A stretch of DNA of 64,000 nucleotides, from contig NC_042999.1 of the NCBI RefSeq assembly GCF_006345805.1, positions 4,836,001 to 4,900,000 on the forward strand. The letters run 5' to 3'. Numbering within the stretch: the first letter of the stretch is position 1; every line of letters begins with the position of its first letter. Both the position numbers and the translations under genes were made by a program. Of the stretch, positions 25,393 through 38,745 are shown in pieces. The notes below the pieces were generated by a model, which was not told the origin of the DNA, searched no databases, and saw nothing but the letters and a program-made list of their open reading frames with translations. The stretch is from Octopus sinensis (lineage: Eukaryota).

Positions 25393-25674
25393 TACGGAGA
25401 TGTACTTGCGAAGCAAGTGACTTGATCTGAGATCGTGTGCTGGAACGAAAACAATTGCAGCGTGGATGGTGTTTATAAGCCATTTAAGAAACCCACAAAA
25501 ACCGTTAGATTCACTTCAACATTTAAATTTAATTTGTCAAAATATTTTCGTCACTTTGAGACCGCGACCTATTCTCTGACAAAACTTTGTGCTGGTCAGT
25601 GAACAGGTCGCGGTCTCAAAGCGACGAAAATATTTTGACAAATTATATTTAAATGTTGAAGTGAATCTAACGAT
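25393..25674. mobile_element. TSD-flanked fold-back element, Penelope-pLTR-like
   Basis: 16-bp TSD TTTTGAAGTAAATATT (25377-25392, 25675-25690); arms 25503-25580 and 25595-25672. Confidence 0.8.
25595..25639 (+). ncRNA. minimal hammerhead ribozyme, G3-C8 variant
   Basis: GTCA-GTGAACA-G-GTCGC-GGTCTCAAA-GCGAC-GAAA-ATAT-TT-TGAC. Confidence 0.7.
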
Positions 25675-26093
25675 TTTTGAAGTAAATATTATTTTAAAGT
25701 AAAGACTATTTGCCAACATAATGTGGTTGTCCTGGATGGGACGCTTGTTACTGTTTTTTAGCCCCAGTAAACATCATTTCCAGCTGTTTATATGACACAA
25801 TATCTGTGTCCTTATATTTTCGAACAGGGAGCTCAGCACTCCCATTCAGCATAAAGCAACAATCGTCCCACTGTTACTGAATATTTCTCTTTGAGAGATT
25901 TAGAAATAATGTTTATGTTTGAATATTTTCTTTTCTATAAATTTCAGTTCCAAGGACAGATTTTTGATAAAACCAGTTTTCAAACATAGCAGCAAGCTAA
26001 TAACTGGGATGGTATTTTTTAGTCAATCCCCCTCATTGCACGTGAATTAAGCCATTAATTTACAACAGCTTCATGAAGCAATCACCTGATACA

Positions 26094-26510
26094 TACTCTT
26101 ACTCTTTTACTCTTTTACTTGTTTCAGTCATTTGACTGCGGCCATGCTGGAGCACCGCCTTTAGTCGAGCAAATCGACCCCGGGACTTATTCTTTGTAAG
26201 CCCAGTACTTATTCTATCGGTCTCTTTTGCCGAACCGCTAGGTGACTGGGACGTAAACACACCAGCATCGGTTGTCAAGCAATGCTAGGGGGACAAACAC
26301 AGACACACAAACATATACACACACACTTATATATGTATACATATATACGACAGGCTTCTTTCAGTTTCCATCTACCAAATCCACTCACAAGGCATTGGTC
26401 GGCCCGGGGCTATAGCAGAAGACACTTGCCCAAGATGTCACGCAGTGGGACTGAACCTGGAACCATGTGGTTGGTTAGCAAGCTACTTACCACACAGCCA
26501 CTCCTGCACC
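26094..26510 (-). mobile_element. SINE B, full length
   Basis: Matches 17701 family. Confidence 0.9.
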
Positions 26511-26526
26511 TATTTTCAGAAGGGTA

Positions 26527-26980
26527 CATCATCATCATCATCATCATTTAACGTCTGTTTTCCATGCTAGCATGCGTTTGACAGTTTGACCAGGGTCTGG
26601 GAAGCCAGGTGGCTGCACCAAGCTCTAGTCTGATCTGGCAGTGTTTCTACAGCTGGATGCCCTTCCTAATGCCAACCACTCCGTGAGTGTAGTGGGTGCT
26701 TTTTACGTGCCACCGGCACAGGTACTAAGGGAGGCTGGCAACGACCACAATTGGTTGGTGCTTTTTACGTGCCACCGGCACAGGTACCAGGGGAGGCTGG
26801 CAACGACCACGATTGGTTGGTGCTTTTTAACGTGCCACCGGCATGGAAGCCAGTCACGGCGGCGCTGGCATTGACCACGTTCAGATGGTGCATTTTCCGT
26901 ACCACCGGCCCAGGTATCACAACTACAATTTCCATTTGATTTTTTGATGTTGATGTACTTGACTCAATAGGTCTCCTCAC
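26527..26980 (-). mobile_element. retroposon family C
   Basis: Matches 23305 family. Confidence 0.8.
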
Positions 26981-27129
26981 TGGGGACCACTTTTCCTTTT
27001 CTTGATATAAAAGTTATAAATTCTGTTTTTGCATCTTTTAAAATGGATCGATTTCATCAACATTAAACAGTTTTTGTTTTTTAAGAATAGGAACTTCCTT
27101 CAATTGTTTTAGCTAATCGTAGCCCAAAT

Positions 27130-27790
27130 TCTTCATCAGCTTACTTGCACTCAATCCACTTTCATACTGCAATCTGAGATTATGAATAAACCTTCAGTTT
27201 ATAACTTTTTCAAGCTATCCTTTACTACCTGGATTGAGTTCTTTGCAAGGAGGTAAAACATTAAGTGTGAGTCCATTGATGGACTTCTGGGAGTATTGTT
27301 TCCACCATTGCTCATAATATTAGGGTCCAATAAAACAATGTCATGGATCTTTCAGTACCTTCAAAACTTCTTTCCGAAGCTGCCTGAGGCAAAGGTCAAA
27401 GGTGTTTGTTTGGACATCAAATAAATCCCTGAATTCCTCCAGATGCTATGTAGGGAGGAAAGAGCAGCTTCAAACAGTTTTGTTACTGCGATTGGGTGCT
27501 TTCTGGTCAGTCACAAGACAGGAAACCAAATGGAGCTGGTTGGGACCGTGGTGAAGAACTACAGCCAAAAGGGATGCAGGAAATCCTAGAAAATCCAGTC
27601 CATGATGTTTACTTTGATGAATTCAAGAACACGGGAGCATACTCAGAGGAGCAAGGCGTGCACTTCCACCGAGATACATTACACTTTGAATGTGAAGAGG
27701 CACAACAAAAACCTGATGAGGAACTCTTTTGGTTATTGGTGGAATGGTATGTTTCATTACAATCACAAATATCAAAAAATGACATTCTTC
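27130..27790 (+). pseudogene. decayed Chapaev3/CMC-like transposase C-terminal half
   Basis: KLPEAKVKG and GAYSEEQGVHFHRD (cf. GAxSxEQGERFHQD); frameshifted. Confidence 0.65.
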
Positions 27791-27837
27791 TCAACTTTTG
27801 GATAATCTAAGTACAAATACATATTAAATTTCTTTCC

Positions 27838-28167
27838 ATGCCGGTGGCACGTAAAAAGCACCATCCGAATCGTGGCCGATGCCAGTGCCGCCTCAACTGG
27901 CTTCTGTGCCAGTGGCACGTAAAATGCACCAATCCGACCGTGGCCGTTGCCAGCCTCGCCTGGCACCTGTGCAGGTGGCACGTAAAAAGTACCCACTTCA
28001 CTCATGGAGTGGTTGGCGTTAGGAAGGGCATCCAGCTGTAGAAACATTGCCAGATAAGACTGGAGCCTGGTGCAGCCTTCTGGCTTCCCAGATCCCTGGT
28101 CGAACCGTCCAACCCATGCTAGCATGGAGAACGGACGTTAAACGATGATGATGATGATGATGATGAT
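27838..28167 (+). mobile_element. retroposon family C
   Basis: Tandem units then GGACGTTAAAC(GAT)n tail. Confidence 0.8.
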
Positions 28168-29920
28168 GTTGTTTTTTCTGACCTTAGATGCATGAAAATG
28201 TGCTAATTCACTCATTTTCCCATAGAAAGGAAGTAAATTTCAAAATATCACACATGTACATGCATGCACACACACAGACATGCGCATGCACACACACACA
28301 TACACTCAAACATCATTGTTTTGTTACGGCAGTAATTTTATTCAGCTGAATACACGTCATTGATTGGTTGAAATTACCGAAATACGACAACTTTAACAAG
28401 AAATAACTTTGAAAATATAAATTTTTCTCAACAACACTAAGAATAAAAGATGTTTTATATGACACATTCTACCAGTGTCTGAAGTTTGAAAGTGTTTAGT
28501 TACAAAAAATTAATTTCTCGATCTGCCAATCAAAATTTCGCCGTGAACATTTTTGCTGTAGGAAAATTCACCATTAGAAATTTTAAGTGACTTCATCACG
28601 TTTTTTTCATAAAGTGTGACGTTGAATAAAGACATTCCAATTTAGTACTTTTTTAAACTCTCTTATCATTCTTTTTATTTATTTAATTAATTTATTTATT
28701 TATCTAAAAATGCTGATATAGTATGTTTTATCTAATGGCGAAATGGCGAAGTTTCCAAACATCTCTGCTTAGTGTACCTCAAATTAAATACGTACACTGT
28801 TTTTTTTACCAGACTTATTGCACATTTAGTTTTTACCACGAAATATATGTAGATTGTCTTTTAAAGTGAAGAGATTTCCTAAAAAACGGAAAGAGAAAAA
28901 AATTTAAATGAAGAAAATAAACTTTTTCGAAATGACAACGGAAGTGAATTATTTGCTTGAATAAATTGTATCTCGTCTAACACAAAGATTTCTCTATTTT
29001 GTACGCTGTCATTTCAAGCAAAGTTTTTTTCTCTTTTTGGTTTGTAGTTTTCGTTTTTTTTTTCACTGTAAACATCAAAAAAGATTTATTTATTTATCTA
29101 TTTATTTATTTATATTACAATAATAGTCTTCTTGGTCGTCTGTTGTGAATTCCATTACATCTAGGATGCATCATAGGAATATCAAATCGACACCAGTTCT
29201 TGACTGTTATTTTCGGTATCTAATTTAGGCATAAGCTAATGAAACTACAGCTCAGGTTCTCACCATTCATAAAGGTCTCAAGATAATTCTTTCTAGTTTC
29301 TTGTACAAGGCCAGCAATTGTTGAAGGATGTGGGGAAGTCTGTTACATCGACGCAAGAGCTCCACTGTACTTATTTTGTCGATCCTGAAAGAATGAAAAG
29401 TAAATTCTACCTTGGTGCTCGGCGGCATTTGAACTAAGTACATAAAACCGGAAGAAATCTGTCTTGCTAACAATTCTGCCAGTTCACTGCCTTAGGCCTC
29501 AAGATAAATAAAAAGTATATATTGTCAATTTTAAGGAGACTTTCTAGTGTAATTTGTTTTTAATTAGGGGTCTTCAAGCTTTAATTAACTTGAGGTACCA
29601 CACCAAGTCTAAATCCAGCACTGGGTACTTTATTTCATCAACTCTGCAAAGACGAAAGGTGGGATTTGAACTCAGAACATGAAGGGCTTCAGTCAAATAC
29701 CACGTGCATTTTGTCAGATGCTCTACAATTCCATCAATCTACCGTTAAGATATGTTCTTATTGTAACTACTACCATCGATGCTGAAAGTACTGCTGTTTT
29801 TGTATCAAGTATGAGACATAAAACTTTCAGTGTCGGGAAGATAACTTTTCTGTGGATATATTAAGCCAATGTCACATCCCACCCCCCCATGATTTCGTAT
29901 CTATATTAGAGATATGTATC

Positions 29921-30438
29921 TGGTGGACGCATCTGAAATGATTGGAGACAAACACTTTCCTCTCTGGTCAATCTCTCATCAACTTCTTCAAGTATCACTT
30001 GAAAGGGAAAGTGGGAATAGAGAGGCAAGTTTTGTCTAGCGAATATTTAAAAAAAAGATGGGTGAATGTAGCAAGGATGGCACGTATGAATGACGAAGCC
30101 ACCTTGAGCATAATCCTATGAACCCGGAAAAATTTTAAACAGGGTTATTTACTTGCAAACAAATGTGTTAACATCTGACATTATTGACCGAGGTTAGTGT
30201 GGTCTTTTCCGTAGGCTTTTCTTTCTACAGATAAACCTTATCTGCTTCCCCCTTTACACTTTACATCATGATATTTCTGTGATACACGATCCCTATTGAT
30301 TGTTTTTTTTTTCCCTCCCTTTTACGATCTCTTTTGATTAAAAACCTACCCCACTTTTTTTTGTCTCCCCAAAAAGAAAAGTTCTACTTTGTAATCTGTT
30401 CCGTCTCTGTGCAGCCCTGTGTGGCTAATAAAGAAACA
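29921..30438 (+). mobile_element. 5'-truncated LINE 3' end (L1/Tx1-clade-like)
   Basis: 19-bp TSD TATATTAGAGATRTGTATC; ORF end WWTHLK*LETNTFLSGQSLINFFKYHLKGKVGIERQVLSSEYLKKRWV; AATAAAGAAA tail. Confidence 0.7.
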
Positions 30439-30539
30439 TATATTAGAGATGTGTATCCATTCAGATGAGCAGACAACCAGATTACATTTTCCAAATGTAT
30501 CACTTGAGAAAGCATAACCCTGCAATTAGGACTGAGGCT

Positions 30540-30710
30540 AGTTAGCTGTTATTTTATGCCAGTTGTACTCCATGGGACAGAAACTTGTACGATGTACTGA
30601 GCAAATGAAAAGAAGATAGATGCCTTTGAGATGTGGATCTTTTGTAGAATAAACTGGAAAGACATGGTAACAAACACTGCAGTACTAGAAAAGCTGAAAG
30701 TTCGAAGGCA
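30540..30710 (+). pseudogene. RTE-type LINE ORF fragment
   Basis: EKKIDAFEMWIFCRINWKDMVTNTAVLEKL. Confidence 0.75.
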
Positions 30711-30717
30711 CCAATTG

Positions 30718-30920
30718 TCATCATCATCACCATCGTTTAACGTCCGCTTTCCATGCTAGCATGGGTTGGATGATTTTGACTGAGGACTGGCGAACCAGAT
30801 GGCTGCACCAGGCTCCAATCTTGATTCGGCACAGTCTCTACAGCTGGATGTCCTTCCTAACGCCAGCCACTCCAAGAGTGTAGTGGGTGCTTTTTACGTG
30901 CCACTGGCACAGGGGCCAGT
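30718..30920 (-). mobile_element. retroposon family C, 3' part
   Basis: Matches 23305 family. Confidence 0.8.
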
Positions 30921-30934
30921 CAACAACTAACTAA

Positions 30935-31322
30935 TCTCTCTCTATATAAAGCTGAAGTTGTCTGTGTATGGCAGGTTTGGTAGCCTTCAACTAACACTAT
31001 CTCCTCCGAGACCCTGTGGCTCAAGTTGACCAAAATTGAGAGTATAATAGAAGGCTTGCTCTTCATTCCCTAGAAGATAAAATTCAAATCAGACCATGTT
31101 AACACCAAAAATCATTTACATCAAAAAGGTGCTTTTTTTCTATGAAAATCCCTATTTTTTACGATTTTTTGACTGCTGTGTCGCCATTTTTCGGTGTATT
31201 TCAACCAAAAAAATGTTCACTTAAAGAGAATAACAAGCTACATAATGCAACATTTTACTTTTCAAAAATTCCAATTCTAAAGGGTCGAAACAAACCCGAG
31301 CAACGCCGGGTGATACTGCTAG
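30935..31322 (+). mobile_element. Helitron with the shared 3' end and a different interior
   Basis: TC start; CCCGAGCAACGCCGGG..CTAG end. Confidence 0.7.
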
Positions 31323-31662
31323 TATATATATAAATCTCTACTTTTTTTTATTGGCCTGTAAAAATAACTGTTTCTGCAAATACTAAAATATTCACTTCTT
31401 CCATAAAAATATTTCTAGCTTCTCTCAGATTACCGTTTACCTCTTACTTGTTCCAGTCATTAGACTGTGGCCATGCTGGGGCACTGCCTTGAAGAATTTT
31501 AGTCGAATGAGTCAACTGCAGTGTTTATTTTTTATGCCTGATACTTATTCTGTCGGTTCCTTTGTTGAACCACTAAGTTACAGGGACGTAAACCCACCAA
31601 CAACGGTTGTCAAGTGGTGGTGGGACACAAAGAAACACAAGCATATATATATATATATTTAT

Positions 31663-32076
31663 ATACTCTTTACTCTTTACTCTTTTACTTGTTTCAGTCA
31701 TTTGACTGTGGCCATGCTGGAGCACCACCTTTTAATCGACAACTCGACCCCGGGACTTACTCTTTTGTAAGCCCAGTACTTATTCTATCGATCTCTTTTG
31801 CCGAACCGCTAAGTAACGGGGACATAAACACACCAGCATCGGTTGTCAAGCAATGCTAGGGGACAAACACAGACACACAAACACACACACGCATATATAT
31901 ATATACATATATACGATGGGCTTCTTTCAGTTTCCGTCTACCAAATCCACTCACAAGGCTTTGGTCGGCCCGGGGCTATAGCAGAAGACACTTGCCCAAG
32001 ATGCCACACAGTGGGACTGAACCCAGAACCATGTGGTTGGTAAGCAAGCTACTTACCACACAGCCACTCCTGCGCC
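31663..32076 (-). mobile_element. SINE B
   Basis: Matches 17701 family. Confidence 0.9.
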
Positions 32077-32483
32077 TATATATATATATATATATAACCT
32101 TGACCTGAGGCTATAGTAGAAGACATTTGGCCATGGTGCCACCCAGTGGGACTGAACCCAGAATCATGTGGTTGGAAAGCAAACTTCTTACCACACAGCC
32201 ATGCTTGAGCACGTACATTTTTTTCTGACATCAACTTGTCAACATTACTTGGTTTCTTCCCCAGGAACAGTAGTGTTCCTTGTAAAACCATTACAATAAA
32301 ACACATAAACAGCTAAAACCGAAGATTATCATTCTCGTTCATCTAACGTTAATCCTTATTGTCACAGTTGCTAATATTTTCGTGAAAGAACCAATAATAA
32401 TAATAATAATAATAATTAATAAAATGCCACATGTTTGTCTTCTATTACTTAAATGCCCTGTATTTTTATTTATTCTTAACATA

Positions 32484-32888
32484 GGCGCAGGAGTGGCTGT
32501 GTGGTAAGTAGCTTGCTAACCAACCACATGGTTCCGGGTTCAGTCCCACTGCGTGGCATCTTGGGCAAGTGTCTTCTGCTATAGCCCCGGGCTGACCAAT
32601 GCCTTGTGAGTGGATTTGGTAGACAGAAACTGAAAGAAGCCTGTCGTATATATGTATATATATGTATGTATGTGTGTGTGTGTCTGTGTTTGTCCCCCTA
32701 GCATTGCTTGACAACCAATACTGGTGTGTTTACGTCCCTGACACTTAGCTGTTCGGCAAAAGAGACCGATAGAATAAGTACTGGGCTTACAAAGAATAAG
32801 TCCCGGGGTCGATTTGCTCGACTAAAAGGCGGTGCTCCAGCATGGCCGCAGTCAAATGACTGAAACAAGTAAAAGAGTAAAAGAGTAA
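32484..32888 (+). mobile_element. SINE B
   Basis: Matches 17701 family. Confidence 0.9.
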
Positions 32889-33219
32889 TGAAGCCACTGT
32901 TCTCTCAGTTTCTATTGTTTCAAATCAATATTTTTCACAGGTGAAAATCATGTAAATAATCCAAAGGCAAAGTCATCAGTTTTATTTTCATTCGGTTTCT
33001 TCAAATCAAACAATGAAGCTAGACGTTGTTCAGAAATATTTTTTTAATTACTTTTCACCTGTGCATCAGGTGTTCATACCACATCGATAAAATAGTGTCA
33101 TATTGTATTTTAAAACATATGAGGACTTCGATAACGTCTTTATGGGAGACATAGCTGTCAGGCAACTATCATGTTCAGTCAACTTCAGAAATATGTTATT
33201 TGTGAAGCATTGTGCAAAT

Positions 33220-33292
33220 GGGAAATTAGCTCAAGTGGTAGAGTGCTTGCTTAGCATGCAAGAAATACGAGGATTGAGGACTGGATTCTCCA
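33220..33292 (+). pseudogene. tRNA-Ala(AGC) pseudogene
   Basis: 73 nt, GGGAAATTAGCTCAAGTGGTAGAG, anticodon loop TTAGCAT, ATTCTCCA end; T-stem broken. Confidence 0.75.
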
Positions 33293-33846
33293 TGTCTTTC
33301 GAACATTGGATTTACCTGTAATTTACCTGTAATTAAAGTCACTTTGAGACAAAAGTTATGCAATAGAATTGATTAAGAACCCTTTCTTTAATTATGTTCC
33401 AAATATCACATTAATATGTTGATAAATAAAAAAGTTACAGTTATTTAATGAAACAAGCCTAGATTCATGATTATTTTAGAATTTAATTGAAACTCATGAG
33501 GGGTGTATTTTGGTCAGAAATATAGTAACAAAAGGGTTAAGGCAGTAAGCTGGCAGAATTGGTAGCACAATGAGCAAAATGCTTAGCGGCATTTTGCCTG
33601 TCTTTATATTCTGAGTTCAAATTCCGCCGAGGTCCACTTTGCCTTTTATTGTTTCCAGGTCAATAAAATAAATACCAGTCCCCGTCACTTAGCGGTTCGG
33701 CAAAAGAGACCGATAGAATAAGTACTGGGCTTACAAAGATTAAGTCCCGGGGTCGATTTGCTCGACTAAAGGCGGTGCTCCAGCATGGCTGCAGTCAAAT
33801 GACTGAAACAAGTAAAAGAGTAAAAGAGTAAAGAGTATATCGAGAG

Positions 33847-35034
33847 CAGCGCTGGATTAACTGTTAAACAAAATAAGCACGTGCTTAGGGCACCAAAGGA
33901 AGAGGAGTACCACGGAATTGGTAAATGGTTGACAGCACAAAAGAAATCAATTTAAACTTGCTAAAATAGTTTTCGAAGTGGTTTATGCGATCGGAAATAT
34001 AACTTCGAAGTGTTCAGGGTGTCATAGTGAGGATCGGGTCAAAGACTTAGCAATTAAAAAATGTAGGAAAAAGCTTTTTGAATATGAATAAAGTAGAAGT
34101 GCACAAAAACAAGAGCACTCAGAGAGCGCAAACCTCCGCCAAGGCAACACCAATGTCCTCTCGACGATTAGCTGGAGATGATTTTTAAAACGAGAATATA
34201 TGAAATAAACTCAACTGCTCTCACAAATGAGAATAGAGATCGATGTATTGAATCATGTATATATGTAAGTACACTGTAAAATGTTAATGTGTATGTATAA
34301 TCTTTATATATAAAAGAGAGGTTGTGTGCTGTCTGTATCCTACGATTTAGATTCCCAACTACTCCCACATTTTGTGGTGCAGTGTAACCAAAAGCGGGTA
34401 TCTTTTAGTCGTGATTCATATCGAGCCCTTCTGAGTATTAGCACGCGTCTACGAAGAGTCTACGATTAAAAAAAAAATTTACCATCATTTTTTCCCATTT
34501 TTAATACATTTTTTTGCTTTTATATAAGGGAAGTAACTCTCTAAAAATGCTTATATAGTTATTTCCCTTACAAACCCAAGCAACGCCGGGCAATACTGCT
34601 AGTATATAATATAAGAGACATAATCAGAGAAAGACTTGAAAGTCAACATAAGATCGTAATACTTCATGTAAAGTAAATATAACAAATAATCCAGAATTCT
34701 TGTCTGGTACAGGATTGATCCCAAAATATAATCAGTTCGTGCCAGTTACAAGGCCAAACATCTCTGAAAGTTTCGTCCGAATCCATCCAGCGATTCTTGA
34801 AATATTTTGTCCCCGGACAAACAAACAAACAAACACAACTGAAAACAATACCCCCCCTTCGCGAAGATGGAAGTAATAAACATCATTTTCCATCTTACTG
34901 TTAGTTTTATTTCATTTTAAAAAATAAAAGTTTATTTTATGATTTATAATTGTTTATAATTTGAATTACATATATAGAGGAGCACCAAAATCTTTTAAGT
35001 GCTTAGGGCCTCTAAGGGCCCCGATTCGGCCCTG
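33847..35034. mobile_element. hAT-like MITE hosting nested elements
   Basis: Ends CAGCGCTGGATTAA / GATTCGGCCCTG, homologous to the 4508 element. Confidence 0.65.
34301..34602 (+). mobile_element. non-autonomous Helitron
   Basis: A|TC...CTAG|T. Confidence 0.85.
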
Positions 35035-35325
35035 ATCTCATGGACAACTATGTTTAGAGTGTTGTTCAAAGGGAAACTTATCGACATCTCCACAATGCCA
35101 TAGCTTCATTGAAGGCTGCAGTTGCCCAGGCCCCTAATCTGTCAGGTGATGATGCTTAACCGCTATGAAATCCTCTCGAACTGTGAGTGTGGTTTGAGAA
35201 GGTCTCCCAGTTTAATTGTGGAACTCTATGACGTGTTTTCCATTCTGTAACAGCTTGACCTTCAATAATACATTTATGTAAACGGGTTATTTGGATTATT
35301 TTTCAATGGCATTAACCTTGTTTAA

Positions 35326-35546
35326 CCCTTTAGCATTTAAACTGGCCATATCCGGCCCAAAGTAGTCTGCCTGTTTTATGTTCAAACTGGCCAGATCTGG
35401 TCTCTTACACCAACCCTACAATATCATCTTAAAAATTAACAGCTACCTCATCAAAATCTCATAGCTACAAGATAATGCCTGATTAGTTCAAAACAATGAG
35501 GATGTAAAAGCATTAATTTTGGCAGAATAATGTGAACACTAAAGGG
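35326..35546. mobile_element. piggyBac-like MITE
   Basis: TTAA TSD; TIRs CCCTTTAG/CTAAAGGG; second copy at 49700. Confidence 0.8.
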
Positions 35547-35754
35547 TTAAATTTTGCAATAGTCAAATTATTAGGAGTGGCACAAATTCAAAATTATTTC
35601 TGAGAGCTCTGTTATTGTATTGGTCATCATCGCCACCACCACCACCACCACCATCATCATCATCATCGCATGAATCAATGGTTTTGCATATTGACTGATT
35701 CTCCATGAAATATGTTGATAATTTCTTCATTTATAGACTCAGCAACATTATTGG

Positions 35755-36060
35755 TTGTTGTTTGTTCCTTCTCGAGCCATGTCTGGCTCATAAGGGCCTG
35801 TTTCCAGGTTTCCTTGGCGTATAGGTTCCCCACCTGGACGGGACGCCAGTCCATCGCAGATACGCTGTTAGATGTCGGAGGAGAGAGAGAGTGAGAGAGT
35901 TGTGGCGAAAGAGTCAGCAGAAGTTCGCCATTACCTTCTGCCGGAGAAGCGTGAAGCTTAAGTGTTTTGCTCATAAACACACACACTGCCCAGTCTGAGA
36001 GTCGAACCCGCAATCCCTCAACCACAACTCCGCTACTCTAACCTCTAGGCCATGTGCCTC
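35755..36060 (-). mobile_element. tRNA-derived SINE (further family, V-domain-like block)
   Basis: Minus strand TGGCCTAGAGG..GGTTCGACTC; GCGATGGACTGGCGTCCCGTCCAGG; (AAC)n tail. Confidence 0.65.
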
Positions 36061-37481
36061 TACAACCTCATTGGTAGAGGTTAGTATTCCTCGGTATACT
36101 AGTGCAGAACCCAACGACATAAGTGATGGTCTGTACCAGCAAATATTAATCCTAGGAGAGTTTGTAGAAGAGTTCAGCTAATTGTTCTGATCTCTCCTAA
36201 TATTTCTTCCAAATTTTGGTACAAGGCCAGCAATTTCAGGGTATGAAGTGAGTCAATTACATGGACCCCATTGTTCAACTGGTACTTGTTTTATCACTCC
36301 CGAAAGAGTAAAAGGTAAAATTGACCTTGTCAGTATTTGAACTCAGAATGAAAAGACAGACGAAATGCCACTAAGCATTTTGCCCGGCATGCCAACGGTT
36401 CTGCCAGCTCGTCTCCTAAATATAATACAAGCAAAACACCCCCCGTCCAATGGACGGTGCTGAGTTGTGAAACATTTAAACCAAATTTTCTCAAAACAAC
36501 TTGTCTGACCGCCCCATAGGCCTCCCCTTTGACTGATTTAACCTAAATTTGAGACACCAGCAAAAGAAGAAATAAAGATAAACTTTTTTTCTATTCCAAA
36601 GAAAAACGATTTTATTCACACAAATATGCAACCGAAGAGTTTAAAGTACCAGTAATGATAAGGCTGTTGACTGGGAGAACACAAACATAGTTTAAACAGT
36701 AAGCTTATCAGGAAAGAAACTTGTCTTTAAGCAGTACAAAAACAACAAAAGATGGAAGGTGCAGTTAGGTACAGGTTGACGGCAGAAAAGCAGGACAAAA
36801 TCGATGCATGCAAATGTGTTAGCTGGAGGTAAATCTAGATGGAAAAGCATAATGATTTTTTGCGCAAACTGCACGTGCATTTTTCTCACGTACGTTTAGT
36901 ATCGATTGCAACAGCTGATGTACTTGCGCGTATAAATGCACTTTCCCACGGCTTTATTGATTGCATTCTCACCTGGAATCGATTTTTGTAATTTTTTCAA
37001 GACTTATACACGCCCTGTTACCATCGGTATCTACATATCGAATTTGAGCACAATCAGATGGAGGATGCCCGAGTTCCTAGAAAACACACACAGACAGATA
37101 GAACGGATTTTATATAATAGATTACTTGGTCTGTGGCGTTTGCAGGAACCGATGGGCTGCGAAAAAATTTATCATTTCACGTCCTTTCTGATACAACACC
37201 CTTTTGAAGCTCAGTTTTGCTAACAGTGTTCAGTTGTTCTCTTCCTTCATTGAGCTGAAACAGGACATTGAGCTCTGATCACAGTCCTCACCATTCTGTA
37301 TTCATGTGTCCATGGTAGTTTCTGTTTTATCATGCTAGTCCAAAATAAAGAATGGTTCCTGTACAGCTTGTCTAGTAAATACCACAGCAAGAACTGGTTG
37401 ATCCAGACATGATTCCGCATGCTTAATAAGTGTTTGATTGTTTTTATGTGGCTGCTAGTGCCGTCAACGAAGAAGACAACT

Positions 37482-37702
37482 GGACGATCTTTCGGTACAA
37501 GTACCATAACTGCCAAATCTGTTTGTTTACATTTGAAGAAGATCGTCACTTTCCGTAAAGTTTTTTTTTTAAATGTATGTGGGGTTAGGGTAAATTTTGG
37601 GTTAGGGGTGTGGGAAAAAGGTTTCTTTTTTTCTTCAGAAATGTAAATAAACTCACGTGGGTTTATAATTGGCAGTTATGGTACTTGTACCGAAAGATCG
37701 CC
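37482..37702. mobile_element. MITE with ~32-bp TIRs
   Basis: CGATCTTTCGGTACAAGTACCATAACTGCCAA inverted at both ends; GACAACT duplicated outside. Confidence 0.8.
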
Positions 37703-38745
37703 GACAACTCAACAGTTTCTAACGAACAGGGTAACCCTGTATTTTATCAGCATCGCTTTTCACAATAATCTTATTAACTAAGTCTTAAATATGATTTTAT
37801 TCTACTAAGCAGATCAAGAACGTTATTATTCTATATCGAATGAAGGCACATGGCTTAGTGGTTAGGGTATCCAGCTCACGAGTGTAAGGTCGTGTGTTCA
37901 ATACCTAGCAGCGCGTTGTATTCTTAGGCAAGACGTTTTATTTCACATTGCTCCTGTCCACCACCACCATCCACACATCGTCTGTGTTTGTGTGTCCACC
38001 ACCACCATCCACACACACACCACCACTTGACAACCGGTGTTAATGTGTTTACGTTCCCGTAACTTAACGGTTTGGCCAAAGTGACTGATAGAAAAAGTAC
38101 TAGGCTTTAAAAACATGAATATTGGGGCCGATTTATTCGGCTAATAACTTCTTCAAAGCAGTACTCCAGCATTGCCATAGTCTAATCACTGACACAAATA
38201 AAACAAGAAAATTTACTTGAGGTAGGAGTAGGGGTCGATAACTCATTGACGGTTCCATGAAGGGGTCTGGCGCAACGTTGTGAGTTCAAATTCCGCTGAG
38301 GTCGACTTTGCCTTTCATCCTTTCGGGGTCGATAAATTAAGTACCAGTTACGCTCTGGGGTTGATGTAATCGATTTAATACCTATGTCTGTCCTTGTTTG
38401 TCCCCTCTATGTTTAGCACCTTGTGGGTAATAAAGAAATAGGTTCCATGAAGGGGTCAATAATATAAGGAGTTTACTGATCCTTGCTCTAAACGTTTGCA
38501 CACCTTGCAAGAAATAACAGCCAAAGCTTCCCCAATTCACACTGTACTGTCTGAAAGAATAAATGGAACGAAAAGACATTTGAGAAAGCAGTACTAAATA
38601 CAAAAATACGCTATCCCTCTAAAAGTTAGACTGGATGGTCACTTCTAGAATACCTTTAGACATTCGCCTAATCTTCTCGATAAGAGATTACCTGTGGCTA
38701 AACAAAAAGAACAGCTTAGATCTTTCAACGAACCAAAATAAATCT

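Noticed and set aside
33220-33292. Functional tRNA-Ala
   Set aside because: T-arm pairing and B box are disrupted and the acceptor stem has a mismatch
37247-37549. Pogo/DDE_1-like motif RPVVFFVDGTSSH
   Set aside because: The motif is partly created by the junction with the 37482 MITE, and no further DDE motifs follow
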